A DNA stretch of 64,000 nt. Source: a virus (lineage: Duplodnaviria; Caudoviricetes). Positions 43,429-53,239 of the stretch are shown here, piece by piece (the first letter of the stretch is position 1; each line of letters begins with the position of its first letter). The stretch is from the IMG/VR virus record IMGVR_UViG_2929701070_000001, positions 57,042-121,041 of that record; one strand, 5' to 3'. The notes beneath the pieces were generated by a model. The model was not told the origin of the DNA, searched no databases, and was given only the letters and a program-made list of their open reading frames with translations. A program made the position numbers and the translations under genes.

Positions 43429-43460
43429 ACACGTTACATGTGATGTGTCGGAGGGTGCAA
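43429..43460 (-). promoter_or_regulatory. primary-sigma-like promoter of RHH/replication operon with palindromic operator-like site
   Basis: TTGCAC-N18-TAACGT on minus strand; ACACGTTACATGTGATGTGT overlaps the -10. Confidence 0.6.
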
Positions 43461-43535
43461 GGGTGCCGTGCTCGATTCAACGGAGAGGGTGGGCGCGGCC
43501 CGCCGGGGAAGTGCGGGCCGCGCCAGTTAGTGCGG

Positions 43536-44141
43536 TCAGATGCCGGTCAGCGCCGGCGCAGGAGCGCTGATCACGTCGAAGATGGCACGGGTCCACTGGC
43601 AGTCGCCGAGTGCGGTGTGCCGGTCGAACTGGGTCGGGTCCACGCCTACCGCCCGGGATAGATCCTCCGACTTCTCCGACTCCGGTACCGGCAGGCCCCG
43701 GCCCTTCAACCACCACTTCGCGGCGGTGGCTATGCACTCGCCCCGGTAGTGCCACGACGGCAGGATGCCGTTGGCGCGCATCCGCCGATCGAGCACGTCC
43801 ATGTCGAACGCCGGGTTCGATCCGTAGACGATGGCGCCGCGTGTCAGGCTCTCCACCGTGCGCAGCACCGCGAACTCCGGCTGGAGGCTAGGCCCGCGTA
43901 GGGCACTGAACGGAACCGGCTGGTACTGCGGGTTGATCTCGGGGTGCCGGTCGTAGAACCCGCCGACCTGGAGGGACTGCGGGTCGGCGTTGCCCAGGTC
44001 GAGGTCTTCGACAGTGACCAGCCACGATCGCTCGTGGTCGGAATGTTCGGGCCGGCGCAGGATCAGGGCGATCTCCCACGCCCGCCGGTCCGGGCGCAGG
44101 CTCGTGGTTTCACAGTCCAGGAAGACGATGGGTCGGGTCAC
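43536..44141 (-). CDS. DEDDh 3'-5' exonuclease
   Basis: FLDCETT, G.N..FD, HTALGD. Confidence 0.85.
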   Translation of the reverse strand: MTRPIVFLDCETTSLRPDRRAWEIALILRRPEHSDHERSWLVTVEDLDLGNADPQSLQVGGFYDRHPEINPQYQPVPFSALRGPSLQPEFAVLRTVESLTRGAIVYGSNPAFDMDVLDRRMRANGILPSWHYRGECIATAAKWWLKGRGLPVPESEKSEDLSRAVGVDPTQFDRHTALGDCQWTRAIFDVISAPAPALTGI

Positions 44142-44222
44142 GGTGGGCTCCTTGTCGAGTTGAATGGGGGGAGGTGTGGCGCGGCCCGCCGGTCGGGCCG
44201 CGCCAGAAACGGCAGGTCAGCC

Positions 44223-44705
44223 TCAGAACGGAGGCTCCTCATCGAAGTTGCCGCCGCCCTGCCGTCCAGCCGGAGCAGGCGCGGCGGACGCCCACGGGTC
44301 ATCCCCGCCCCCGAACCCGCCGTCACTCCCGCCGGACGAGCGCGACATCTTCTGCACCTTCGCCGTGGCGTACCGCAACGACGGGCCGACCTCGTCCACC
44401 TCCAGCTCGATGACGGTGCGCTTCTCACCCTCACGGGTCTCGTACGACCGCTGGCGCAGCCGGCCGGTCACGATGACGCGGGCGCCGCGCTGCAACGACT
44501 CCGCGACGTGCTCGGCGGCCTGCCGCCACACCGTGCAGGCGAGGAACAGCGGCTCGCCGTCCTTCCACTCGCCGCTGGCCTTGTCGAGGTAGCGGGGGGT
44601 CGAGGCGACGCGGAACTTCGCCACAGCCGCACCCGACGGGGTGAAACGCAGCTCCGGGTCATCGGTCAGGTTGCCGATCACAGTGATCGTGGTGTCTCCA
44701 GCCAT
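44223..44705 (-). CDS. ssb: single-stranded DNA-binding protein
   Basis: [25 protein letters not shown]...DEEPPF. Confidence 0.97.
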   Translation of the reverse strand: MAGDTTITVIGNLTDDPELRFTPSGAAVAKFRVASTPRYLDKASGEWKDGEPLFLACTVWRQAAEHVAESLQRGARVIVTGRLRQRSYETREGEKRTVIELEVDEVGPSLRYATAKVQKMSRSSGGSDGGFGGGDDPWASAAPAPAGRQGGGNFDEEPPF

Positions 44706-44706
44706 G

Positions 44707-45414
44707 TCAGGCCGCCTTTCGGTTGATGCGGCTTCCGGCCGCAGTCGGTTCGTGCGCCGCCTTGGTGACGGCGCGTATCAGATGCTGGGCTTGGCTTTCC
44801 TTGATGCCGAACTGTGCGGCGAGCGGCTTGTAGCCGTACGGCTCGCCGCGGTTGAGGCGGTGCTGCCGCCACACGCGGGCGAGTTCCACCTTCTCGGCAT
44901 CGTTCATGCCAGCGGCTAGACGGGGGTTGTGGATGGCGCGACGGACCAGCACCTCGTCCACCGTGTCGTCGTGTTCGTTGCCTACGTTCGGCTGCTCGTC
45001 CGGGTTGTCGATGTCGTCCCACGCGCCGGCGGGGTGCCAGCCTCGCCGCCTAGCTGTCTCCCTCGCCTGCTCGGACGCACCCGGGGTGTCGCACAGCAGC
45101 GCGAACAGGTCACGAACCCAAGCGGCGGTTGCGACGCGGACCGCGTTGTGCTTGCCGAGGGCGATGGCGCGCACGGTGTGGGGGGACTCGCCGCTGTGGT
45201 GTCCAAGTTCCTTCCAGCCCCAGCCGTTGACCACCAACGCCCGGAGGCGACGGATGGATCCTGTGGCGTCGATGCAGCGGGGATGGTTCCTCTTCTCCCG
45301 GCGCCGCTTGCTGTAGATGCGCCACTCCTCCCGCGCGTCGGGGCAGCGGCACCCGTCGTGGCTGTACGCCCAGAGGGTGCCGTGCCGCGGCGCGGTGCAG
45401 TTCGGGCCGAACAT
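44707..45414 (-). CDS. DNA-binding protein (HG...GCRC motif plus HTH)
   Basis: HGT..AY...GCRC; RRLRAL...GW; W.DID.P. Confidence 0.65.
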   Translation of the reverse strand: MFGPNCTAPRHGTLWAYSHDGCRCPDAREEWRIYSKRRREKRNHPRCIDATGSIRRLRALVVNGWGWKELGHHSGESPHTVRAIALGKHNAVRVATAAWVRDLFALLCDTPGASEQARETARRRGWHPAGAWDDIDNPDEQPNVGNEHDDTVDEVLVRRAIHNPRLAAGMNDAEKVELARVWRQHRLNRGEPYGYKPLAAQFGIKESQAQHLIRAVTKAAHEPTAAGSRINRKAA

Positions 45415-46556
45415 CAGCGGGACACCCGGATCGGCATGATCAGGTACCGGTAGCCGGGGGTTTGCTGCCCTTCTGCGTCGGCGGGGGTGATGACCGCGGG
45501 TTTGAAGGCGTCCACGAACGCAAAGTGGGCGTGGCTGGTGCCGAGGTTGGCGAGGCCGTCGATTAGGTACTGGGGGTTGAAGCCGATGGTCAGTGGGGCG
45601 TCGCCGGTGAAGTTGGCTTCCATCGCCTCGGAGGCGCGGGCCTCCTCGGTGCCGCCGGCTTCGACGGTGAGGGTGTCGTCGCCGGGGGTGAACGTGAGCA
45701 GCACGGGGGTGGTGCGTTCGGCAACCAGGGCGACCCGCTTCACGACCTCCAACAGTTGGGCAACGGGCGCGACCGCGGACATGGGTGCGTCTGCCGGGAA
45801 CAGGGACCGCACCGGCGGATAGTTGGCGCCGTCGAGCAGCCGGGAGGTGGTGCGGCGGGTGTCCCGCGCGAATCCGATCATCCCTTCGCCGGCGGCGCCC
45901 TGCGACAGGGCGATGGTGACGTGGCCGCCGAGCGGGCCGAGGGCTTTCGCGGTGTCGTGGAGGGTTCGGGCCGGCATGAGGGCGTTGATGTTCACCTCCG
46001 GGTTGTCCGGGTTCCACTGCATTTCCCGCACGGCGAGCCGGTATCGGTCGGTGGCGAGCATCGCCAGGGTGTTGCCGGACAGTTCGATGCGAACGCCGGT
46101 CATCATTGGCAGGGTTTCGTCGCGGCCGGCGGCCACAGCCACCTGGGCTACCGCCGTAGCGAACGCGGCGGCGTCCACGGTGCCTGCGGGGGCCGGCATG
46201 TCCGGCAGGGCCGGGTAGTCCTCTACCGGCATGGTGGGCAGCGTGAACCGGGCGCTGCCGCACACCAGTTCCAGGTGGGTGCCGGCCGTTGCGAGGCTGA
46301 TGGGTTTCGCCGGTACCGCCTTCGTGATTTCGGCGAGCAGCCGGCCGGACACCAGGACACTGCCGGGGTCGGCGACGGTGCCGCGGACGTGCATCTCGGT
46401 CGACACTTCGTAGTCGAACGAGCTGACGGTAACTCCGTCTTCGGTGGTGGCGAGTTTTACCCCGGCGAGGACGGGCACGGACGGCCGGTTCGGGAGGGCT
46501 TTCGCGGCGCTGTTGACGGCGTCTGCGAGGGCGTCACGCTCGACGGTCAGTTTCAT
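45414..46556 (-). CDS. dnaN: DNA polymerase III beta sliding clamp
   Basis: ERDALA, FDYEVS, SGRLL, EDYP.LP, ATDRYRL, FNPQYL, YLIMP.R. Confidence 0.95.
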   Translation of the reverse strand: MKLTVERDALADAVNSAAKALPNRPSVPVLAGVKLATTEDGVTVSSFDYEVSTEMHVRGTVADPGSVLVSGRLLAEITKAVPAKPISLATAGTHLELVCGSARFTLPTMPVEDYPALPDMPAPAGTVDAAAFATAVAQVAVAAGRDETLPMMTGVRIELSGNTLAMLATDRYRLAVREMQWNPDNPEVNINALMPARTLHDTAKALGPLGGHVTIALSQGAAGEGMIGFARDTRRTTSRLLDGANYPPVRSLFPADAPMSAVAPVAQLLEVVKRVALVAERTTPVLLTFTPGDDTLTVEAGGTEEARASEAMEANFTGDAPLTIGFNPQYLIDGLANLGTSHAHFAFVDAFKPAVITPADAEGQQTPGYRYLIMPIRVSR

Positions 46557-47146
46557 GGGCGGGCTCCTTCGGTCGGCTGGGCCGTGGTGGGCCAGGTGCG
46601 GAAGTTGATGTGGGAGCGGGACGCGGTCGGTCCGCGCTGCCCCTGGTAGTGGGAGCCGAGGCCGTCTGCCCCGTACGGCCACTGGGCGGGGCCGGACAGC
46701 TGAAACACGCACAGTTGTCCGATGCGCATGCCGGCGTGCAGAAGCAGCGGCCGGGGCGCTAGGTTGACGAGCTCCAACGTCACATGCCCGGAGAAGCCTG
46801 GATCGATGAAGCCCGCGGTGACGTGGGTGGCCAGCCCGAGGCGGCCGAGGCTCGACTTGCCCTCTATCCGGGCCGCGAGGGTCGCGTCGAGGGTGATGTG
46901 TTCGACCGTCGAGGCGAGCACCATCTGGCCGGGGGCGAGAGGGTAGGTGCCGCCCATGTCGTTCATGTCGGCAGGCAGCATCGGGTTTTCCGCAGCCGGG
47001 TCGACTACGCCCCCGGCAGGCCACACGAGCAGGTGCCGGTCCAACCGGACATCGATGGATGACGGCTGGATCAGGGACGGCTGTGGGGTGATGGTGAGCC
47101 GTCGGTCGCCGATAGCGCGGGCAAGGTCGGTGTCGCAGAGCAGCAT
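46553..47146 (-). CDS. dcd: dCTP deaminase
   Basis: QPSSIDVRL, EGKSSLGRLGL, TAGFIDPGFSG.VTLEL, Y.GQRGPT.SR. Confidence 0.93.
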   Translation of the reverse strand: MLLCDTDLARAIGDRRLTITPQPSLIQPSSIDVRLDRHLLVWPAGGVVDPAAENPMLPADMNDMGGTYPLAPGQMVLASTVEHITLDATLAARIEGKSSLGRLGLATHVTAGFIDPGFSGHVTLELVNLAPRPLLLHAGMRIGQLCVFQLSGPAQWPYGADGLGSHYQGQRGPTASRSHINFRTWPTTAQPTEGARP

Positions 47147-47147
47147 G

Positions 47148-47927
47148 TCAGCTCACCTCGGCGTGCGGGCTGGCCGCGACCTCGGTGCCGTCGGGCAGCA
47201 GCGTGATCTCGTAGTCGGCGAACACGTTCCGGGCGACCGTGCGAAGCTGCCGCAGACAGTCGACGGCCAGCTCGCGGATCTCCACGTCGGCGTGCTCGGT
47301 GGCGCGCATGTCGATGAAGTGCCGCCAGGCCCGGTAGTTGCCGGTGACCACGATCCGGGTCTCGGTCGCGTTGGGCAGTACGGACCGGGCCGCCTGCCGT
47401 GCCTGCTTGCGCCGCAGCGTCGGGTTGGGCTCGTCGGTGAACTTGGCCTCCAGCCCGACCAGCAGATCGTTGTACGCGCGCAGGCTAGCCTCAGAGGCTT
47501 CCACGAACCTCTTGTGCAGCTCCGGGTCCTGGGCGATGACGTCCGGCTCGACCATGGCGGCGTCGCGCTCCGGCACGTACCGCTGGGAGAGCTGCGAGTA
47601 GGAGAAGTGGCGGTGCCGGATCAGCTCGTGCGTGAACGACCGCGAGACGCCAGTGAAGTAGAACGACGCGCTGCCATGCTCCAACACGCTGAGGTGCCCG
47701 ACCTCCAGGATGTGCGCGAGGTAGCCAGCGTTGGTGGACGTGGCCGGGTTCGGCTTCTTCCAGGACTGGAAGCAGGCGCGACCCGCGAACTCGGCCAGGG
47801 CTTGGCCGCCCTTCGCGTCGGTGTGCCAGCCCGGGAAGTCCCCGTCGGCGGTGGCGTCCTTCGCGGCGGCAGCATCAAAGTGCGTCCACGCGACCAGGCG
47901 GGCGGTGGGCTGAACGATTTCGGTCAT
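47148..47927 (-). CDS. thyX: FAD-dependent thymidylate synthase
   Basis: [37 protein letters not shown]. Confidence 0.97.
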   Translation of the reverse strand: MTEIVQPTARLVAWTHFDAAAAKDATADGDFPGWHTDAKGGQALAEFAGRACFQSWKKPNPATSTNAGYLAHILEVGHLSVLEHGSASFYFTGVSRSFTHELIRHRHFSYSQLSQRYVPERDAAMVEPDVIAQDPELHKRFVEASEASLRAYNDLLVGLEAKFTDEPNPTLRRKQARQAARSVLPNATETRIVVTGNYRAWRHFIDMRATEHADVEIRELAVDCLRQLRTVARNVFADYEITLLPDGTEVAASPHAEVS

Positions 47928-48490
47928 GCGGCGGTGCTCCCGGTGAGTGCGAGAAGAGGTGAGAGGACGGAGCCGTCCGGGTCGAGCGCGTCGGCGCCGA
48001 TCCACAGTTCGCCGCCGAGGGCACGCAGGTAGCGCTGGCAGTTGGCGAGCATCAGCCGGCCGGTGGTGTTGGTCTCGAACCGGCCGAGAACGTTGACGTG
48101 GATGCCGAGGCTGGCCGCCAGCGCGGTCTGCGTGACGTGGCATGCCTCGCGGGCGTCGACCAGAGCGCGGACCAGGTTCTGCCGGTCCACGAGGTGCTGC
48201 TGCTGGGCGGGCATCCGCGGGTCCACGTCGGCCACCTCGTACGGGCCGCCGGGCAGGTTGTGGGGGTACATGACCACCCGCAGCCGGAGGGCGTACGCGA
48301 TGTCTTGGGTGCGCTCAACCCGCCACGGCTGGCCGACCTCGAAGCGGGCGACCGTGGACTGGGGGACACCCATCACGTCGGCGAGCTGCGTCTGGCTGTA
48401 GTCGAGTTCGACGCGGCGGGCGATGAGCAGGTCCCGCAGCCCGATGCGGTAGGCGAGGTCGTCGGGGTGCAGGTCGGTGGGGGCGCGCAT
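47924..48490 (-). CDS. tandem XRE-family HTH protein
   Basis: two HTH-like units: [17 protein letters not shown] and TQTALA.SLG....LGRFE. Confidence 0.75.
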   Translation of the reverse strand: MRAPTDLHPDDLAYRIGLRDLLIARRVELDYSQTQLADVMGVPQSTVARFEVGQPWRVERTQDIAYALRLRVVMYPHNLPGGPYEVADVDPRMPAQQQHLVDRQNLVRALVDAREACHVTQTALAASLGIHVNVLGRFETNTTGRLMLANCQRYLRALGGELWIGADALDPDGSVLSPLLALTGSTAA

Positions 48491-48742
48491 TCAGGCCACC
48501 TCCGCCTGCGAGAAGACGACATTCACCGGTCCGGGCCTGTGGTTGCGATCCCGCCACGCCCGGCCCTTCCCAGTGGGCTTGAGGACTCCGTTGGGGTACA
48601 CGGTGATCAGCCCTTTGGCTTCGGCCGCGTACACGAGGTCGTCAATGTCGACGCCGCCGGTGTCCGTGTGCCGCCAGTTGGCGAAGCGGACCTTGTCGTC
48701 ACGGATGAGATCGAACAGGTGGTGCAGGTCGTTGTCGTTCAC
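48491..48742 (-). CDS. hypothetical protein (winged-helix-like?)
   Basis: GLI....L.PT.KG.AW. Confidence 0.5.
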   Translation of the reverse strand: MNDNDLHHLFDLIRDDKVRFANWRHTDTGGVDIDDLVYAAEAKGLITVYPNGVLKPTGKGRAWRDRNHRPGPVNVVFSQAEVA

Positions 48743-48804
48743 GGTGCCGTTCTCTCGGGGGTTGGGGCCCGCCGCCGGGTGACGGCGGGCCGTGCTGCTG
48801 GTGG

Positions 48805-49104
48805 TCATGCGGCCAGGACGTGCGAGCCGCGCCGGTTGATGGCCCGCCGCTCGTCTTCGGTGGTGTTGCCCCACACCCCGGCCTCGCCGGAGTCGAGCGC
48901 CCACTGGAGGCACTGGTCCACGACGGGACAGCGGCGGCAGTTCGCTTTGGCCTGCTCGGTTTGGAGCAGCGCCGGCCCGGACGTGCCGATCGGGAAGTGC
49001 AGGTCCGGGTCGTAGTCCTTGCAGACGCCACGGGCCTGCCAGTGATCGTCGTCACCGGGGGCGAGCCGGATGTTGGTGAAGGAGAACGATCCGCGGTGGC
49101 TCAC
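48805..49104 (-). CDS. whiB: WhiB-family transcription factor
   Basis: W...C...DPD..FP, AK..C.RCPV...C..WAL, GVWG...ER. Confidence 0.92.
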   Translation of the reverse strand: MSHRGSFSFTNIRLAPGDDDHWQARGVCKDYDPDLHFPIGTSGPALLQTEQAKANCRRCPVVDQCLQWALDSGEAGVWGNTTEDERRAINRRGSHVLAA

Positions 49105-49463
49105 GCGGTCACCGCCTTCACGGTCCGGCGGCAAGCGCGACGGATCAGCGTGTCACCGTGGCAGAGTTCATCCGGCGCGCACGGGCAGGCGACATTCCGC
49201 CCGGTGAGCTGGTCCAGGTTGGCGAGGATCCACGCCCGGCGCTCAGGCTCAACGCTGGCGTACTCGGGTTCGCCGTCCAGCCACCTGTCGTACGCCTCAA
49301 CGCACACTTTGCGGGCGTCGGCGTCGGTCTCGGCGAGCATGGCGTCGAGGCAGTCGGCGACGCGGAAGGGGTTACCCCACCGGGAGGTGCGGTCAACGAT
49401 GACGGTGTTGGCGGGCTTCTTCCAGCCCTTGGTGCGCTTGCGCTGGATCCGCTGCGGGCTCAC
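49101..49463 (-). CDS. DUF4326 protein
   Basis: RIQRKRTKGW..P, SRWGNPF, L.G...AC.C...CHGD.L. Confidence 0.85.
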   Translation of the reverse strand: MSPQRIQRKRTKGWKKPANTVIVDRTSRWGNPFRVADCLDAMLAETDADARKVCVEAYDRWLDGEPEYASVEPERRAWILANLDQLTGRNVACPCAPDELCHGDTLIRRACRRTVKAVTA

Positions 49464-50605
49464 GCGGTCACCGCCGTACGCTCGGCCGGGAACTCGTTCC
49501 ACTCGCGGCCGTCCAGCAGCCGCCCCGCGCGCTTCTTGCCGACGCGGACGGCGATCGTGTCGTCATCGAGCATGTGCCCGAGGCCGTTTACGTCACCGGC
49601 GCGCATCGCCCGGGTGACGCCGGGGTGGAACGCCTTGGTGGAGCGCTCACGGATCGTCGCGGCGTAGCGCCCACCATTGGGGTGCTTGAAGTAGCGGCCA
49701 CCAGCGAAGTTGGAGTCCTTCTCGACCCGGACGGGCAGGTGGTCGCCCCACTGCTTGAAGAAGAACGGCACCTCGGCATCGGTGCACTGGTCGCGAAGGC
49801 TGCGCGCCCAGTCCGGGTGCATGGGTCGCGCCTTTGCGCCGGTCTCTCCGCCGACGACCACCCAGTGCAGCTGGCCCCACGCCGGGCCGGGCTCCCAACC
49901 GCAGCGCGGCTGGTGCACGTAGTACGGCGGGCCGTACCCACCGCAGGTGCAGCCGTCCGCCTCGGCGAGCAGCGGCAGCTTCACCGGCCCGAGCAGCGGT
50001 TCGCAGGACAGCCACCGCACGGCGGCGGGCGTGTCGAGCAGGGCGGGGATCCGCAGGTCGGCGGTCTTCTGATCCTCCACCGACACACCGACGTGCAGGT
50101 TTGGCAGCGGCCATGCGACAACCGGTCGGCGGCTGCCTGGGTCGTCGGCGGACACCGTCAGGTCGATCATCTTGAGCGCCACCTGGTTCTTGAACGCCTC
50201 GTCGTTGAGCAGTGACCGCATCCGGCCGTGCCGCTTGGTGAGCAGCTGGAACGTGTGCCGCTCCGCGACGGCCATGACGGCGAACACCTGGGCGATGAAC
50301 TCGGTGGGTACGTCCTTGTGGAACAGGTCGCTCTGCGAGTTGACGAAGATCCGCTGCGGCTTCTTCCAGCCGAGCGGCTGCGTGAGCCGGTCGGGCAGCA
50401 GGTTGATGCGTCCCGTCCAGTCGAGGCGACCGAATCGGCGGGTGGTGAGGCCGGCGAACGCCTCGGCGACCTTCGGGTGCGGGTTGTTGGCGCGGATGGT
50501 GGCCGTGGTGATGGCGTAGCAGCTGTCACACCCGGCGGTGACCCGCTCGCAGCCGAGCAGCGGGTTCCAGGTCTTGTCGGCCCACTCGATGCTGGTATCA
50601 GCCAC
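49460..50605 (-). CDS. DUF5131 / phage Gp37-Gp68 family protein
   Basis: IEW...TWNP..GC..V..GC..CYA, FVNS.SDLFH, LLTKR, SCEPLL, GGE.G..ARPM, FFFKQWG. Confidence 0.9.
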   Translation of the reverse strand: MADTSIEWADKTWNPLLGCERVTAGCDSCYAITTATIRANNPHPKVAEAFAGLTTRRFGRLDWTGRINLLPDRLTQPLGWKKPQRIFVNSQSDLFHKDVPTEFIAQVFAVMAVAERHTFQLLTKRHGRMRSLLNDEAFKNQVALKMIDLTVSADDPGSRRPVVAWPLPNLHVGVSVEDQKTADLRIPALLDTPAAVRWLSCEPLLGPVKLPLLAEADGCTCGGYGPPYYVHQPRCGWEPGPAWGQLHWVVVGGETGAKARPMHPDWARSLRDQCTDAEVPFFFKQWGDHLPVRVEKDSNFAGGRYFKHPNGGRYAATIRERSTKAFHPGVTRAMRAGDVNGLGHMLDDDTIAVRVGKKRAGRLLDGREWNEFPAERTAVTA

Positions 50606-50816
50606 GGACGGCCTCCTTCCGGTTGGTGGTGGTGTGGTTGGCGACGGTCTCGTTGAATGCGCGGGCGAGCGCCGCGGACAGGTCGAGAACGTCGAGCAGG
50701 GGGAGCGGCCGGGCGTTGAGGTAGATGACGCCGCCGCTGATGGAGACGGTGTCGCCGGCGGAGGTGATGAACGGCAGCCGGGTGCGGGCGGCTTCAACGT
50801 CGGCGAGGTCAGGCAC
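50598..50816 (-). CDS. hypothetical protein
   Basis: coupled ORF. Confidence 0.45.
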   Translation of the reverse strand: MPDLADVEAARTRLPFITSAGDTVSISGGVIYLNARPLPLLDVLDLSAALARAFNETVANHTTTNRKEAVRG

Positions 50817-51177
50817 TGGCCTTCTCCGTCCGCTGGCCGGGACGAACCCGGATGGCTTCCAACTCGGCGCGGATTCGCCCGGAGTGCCAGTCGCGGGGAC
50901 GCCACACGTCCACGTCGGCGCCGGCCGCCCGCAGGTCGGCGATCCACTGCTTCTGCTCGGGGCTGAGCGTCCCCCGGTCGGTCTTGTTCTCCCGGAACAG
51001 GACGCGGGTGCCGACGAGGGTGAGGTCGGGGTAACCCTTGGCGTCGGCGGCCACAGCCGTCATCCACTTACCCGCCACGGACTTGGACGGGGGGAAGTGC
51101 GCGACCTTGATGTTGTAGAGGCGGGCGAGGTTGATGATCTGCCGTTGCAGGTCTTCCTCGCTCATCACGCCGATCAC
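50809..51177 (-). CDS. VRR-NUC domain nuclease
   Basis: G.PDL.L...F.E.K..G.LS.EQ..W...VWRP.D. Confidence 0.85.
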   Translation of the reverse strand: MIGVMSEEDLQRQIINLARLYNIKVAHFPPSKSVAGKWMTAVAADAKGYPDLTLVGTRVLFRENKTDRGTLSPEQKQWIADLRAAGADVDVWRPRDWHSGRIRAELEAIRVRPGQRTEKASA

Positions 51178-51482
51178 TGGTCATCACCCGCCAGCGCCTC
51201 GCGGCGGGCGCTGGTCAGCGCACCCATCTCGCGAATGTCGATCGGCTTGGCGCCCCGCTTGATTGCCAGGTCGCGGATGCTGTCGGTGACGTCGTAGTGC
51301 CAGTGCACGCACGGCAGCGTCTTGTGGCAGGGGCGCTTGCACGTCTGGAACCACTTCTGCTGGAGGCCGAGCTTCGCGGCGAACTCGTGTAGCTCGTGCT
51401 CGGTGTCGGCGGTGAGGTGCGACCAGCGGCCAGCGGTTCGGCCGACCCGGGCGGGGATGCGGGCGTTGTCGACGTAGATCAC
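51174..51482 (-). CDS. DUF4031 protein
   Basis: YVD...WSHL.AD...ELH.FA..LG...WFQ...HYD...R..AI..GA. Confidence 0.85.
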   Translation of the reverse strand: MIYVDNARIPARVGRTAGRWSHLTADTEHELHEFAAKLGLQQKWFQTCKRPCHKTLPCVHWHYDVTDSIRDLAIKRGAKPIDIREMGALTSARREALAGDDQ

Positions 51483-51976
51483 CACGGCGCCGCCTCGGCG
51501 AGTTCCTGCCGCACCTGCCCGGCGATGTCGGCGGGCGGCGTCCACAGGCCGAGCGCCCCGCGGGCCGGCACCGGGTGGCGGAGGCGGCGCACGTTGGCCA
51601 ACACGAGATGCTTGGCGTAGCGGCCGTTGTGGACCCGTTCGCCCCACGGCTCGCAGCAGGTGCCGGGCGGGCCGGTCAGCGTCGGGATGTCCTCGGCGGT
51701 GTGGACGTCCACCAACTCGGCGACGGCGATGACCACGCCACCGTCGAGCCCGTTCAACGCCGAGTAGAGCTGGACGACGTCGGTGACACCGGGCCACAGC
51801 GCGGCGCGGACCCGCCCGTCGTGGACCGCCGTGTTGTCGGTTTGCTGGCTGGTGTGAATGAGCAGCTTGCCGCGGTAGTTGGTGCCAGCACCCCGGTTCT
51901 CGATCAGCTTCACCCCGGAGGCGATGCACGAAGCCCACGGCTCCCGCACGGTGATGGCGCGAACGTCGGCGGTCAT
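51479..51976 (-). CDS. ASCH domain protein
   Basis: A.TVR.PWA..I..G.K..ENR...RG.LLIH; P.RG.LGLW. Confidence 0.85.
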   Translation of the reverse strand: MTADVRAITVREPWASCIASGVKLIENRGAGTNYRGKLLIHTSQQTDNTAVHDGRVRAALWPGVTDVVQLYSALNGLDGGVVIAVAELVDVHTAEDIPTLTGPPGTCCEPWGERVHNGRYAKHLVLANVRRLRHPVPARGALGLWTPPADIAGQVRQELAEAAPW

Positions 51977-52239
51977 CCGGCCAGCACCTCGTTAACGGTG
52001 ATGGCGGGGTCGTCGGCCCGAAACAGCCGCACCACCTGCCAGCCCTTCGCCGCGGCGAGAGCCAACACGTCCTGCCACCGGTACGGCGTCTCGTCGGCCA
52101 CCCCGTACCAGTGGTCGCACCGCACGTCGGTGTCGTGGGTGTCGTCGCGCTCGAACACGAGGGGGATGACGTCGTCGGCGGAGTCGAACAGGCCGACCAG
52201 GGCGCGGTGCGGCGGCTCGGGCATCTGCACGGTGGACAT
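51973..52239 (-). CDS. hypothetical protein
   Basis: TGATG coupling. Confidence 0.5.
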   Translation of the reverse strand: MSTVQMPEPPHRALVGLFDSADDVIPLVFERDDTHDTDVRCDHWYGVADETPYRWQDVLALAAAKGWQVVRLFRADDPAITVNEVLAG

Positions 52240-52619
52240 CAGGCGTTCGCCTCCTCGGGGTGGTACTGCATCCGCCACGTCGGGTGCCACGGGGTCGCGC
52301 GGCGCTTCCCGTCGATGACGATCAGCAGGGAGGATCCGTCACCGCCAGCGATCCGACCCCGCTTCCCGTCGGCGGTGACGCGGCAGCCGATCGTGGCGGG
52401 CACCTGGTACTGGTGGCGGACCCACTCGACCTGCGCGTCGGCGCACTTGACGCAAACGTGCATCGCCCACGGGCGGGTGCCGTCCTCGTGGCCTTCGTCG
52501 CCGGGGAACGCCACGGATCGGACGTACAGGTCACCGGCGTTGATGGTGTGGTCCTCGTAGTGGCGGGCGAACGCGCACGGGCGGTCGGCGCGGGCGGTGC
52601 GCAGCGTGGTCGACGGCAT
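52239..52619 (-). CDS. hypothetical Zn-binding protein
   Basis: RTAR....C; I..GD.Y; C..CA; HPTW. Confidence 0.55.
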   Translation of the reverse strand: MPSTTLRTARADRPCAFARHYEDHTINAGDLYVRSVAFPGDEGHEDGTRPWAMHVCVKCADAQVEWVRHQYQVPATIGCRVTADGKRGRIAGGDGSSLLIVIDGKRRATPWHPTWRMQYHPEEANA

Positions 52620-53239
52620 CAGCTCACCGCCTCGGCGATGGGGTGGGTGAGGACGTGCAGGACGGCCCGCGTCTGCCATTCGGTCATGGACTCGTACGGC
52701 GGCTCGTCAACTGCCCGGCCCCGGTACCGCTCCAGCACCATGCCCGGGTCATCGATCGCCACCCGCAGATGCTTGGCCAGCGTGTCCGGGTGCAGTCGCA
52801 GCCCTTCCGCGTCGGCGACCGCCTCGGCGAGACGCCGGCAGCCCTGCTCCATCGCCAGGTCGACGTCCACGTTCGGGTCGCGGCCGTCGAGCTTGAACAC
52901 GGCGGTCAGCGCGCACGCGGCGATGTGCACGGCGGCCATCCGCATGTGCTCGTTGGCGTACACGGTGAGCGCCCGCTTGAGGTCGCGTACCTCATCCTTG
53001 AGGTGGTCGACCTCGGCGCAGGTGTGCTCGTGTCCCGGCTTGTTCGCGCCGAGGAACGCGGCGAGCTGCTGCCGGTCGTCGTCGGCGATGGTGACACCGG
53101 GTCCGTCGTTCGTGCCGGGCGGGGCGATCCACGCGACGGTGCGTCCGTCGGTGGTGCGCTCGATGACGAGACTGCCGCCCCGCGCGTCGGTGATCGTGAG
53201 GCCGGTGAAGTCGCGGTCAGCGACAGCGGAGGCGGTCAT
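52619..53239 (-). CDS. hypothetical protein
   Basis: coupled ORF. Confidence 0.55.
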   Translation of the reverse strand: MTASAVADRDFTGLTITDARGGSLVIERTTDGRTVAWIAPPGTNDGPGVTIADDDRQQLAAFLGANKPGHEHTCAEVDHLKDEVRDLKRALTVYANEHMRMAAVHIAACALTAVFKLDGRDPNVDVDLAMEQGCRRLAEAVADAEGLRLHPDTLAKHLRVAIDDPGMVLERYRGRAVDEPPYESMTEWQTRAVLHVLTHPIAEAVS

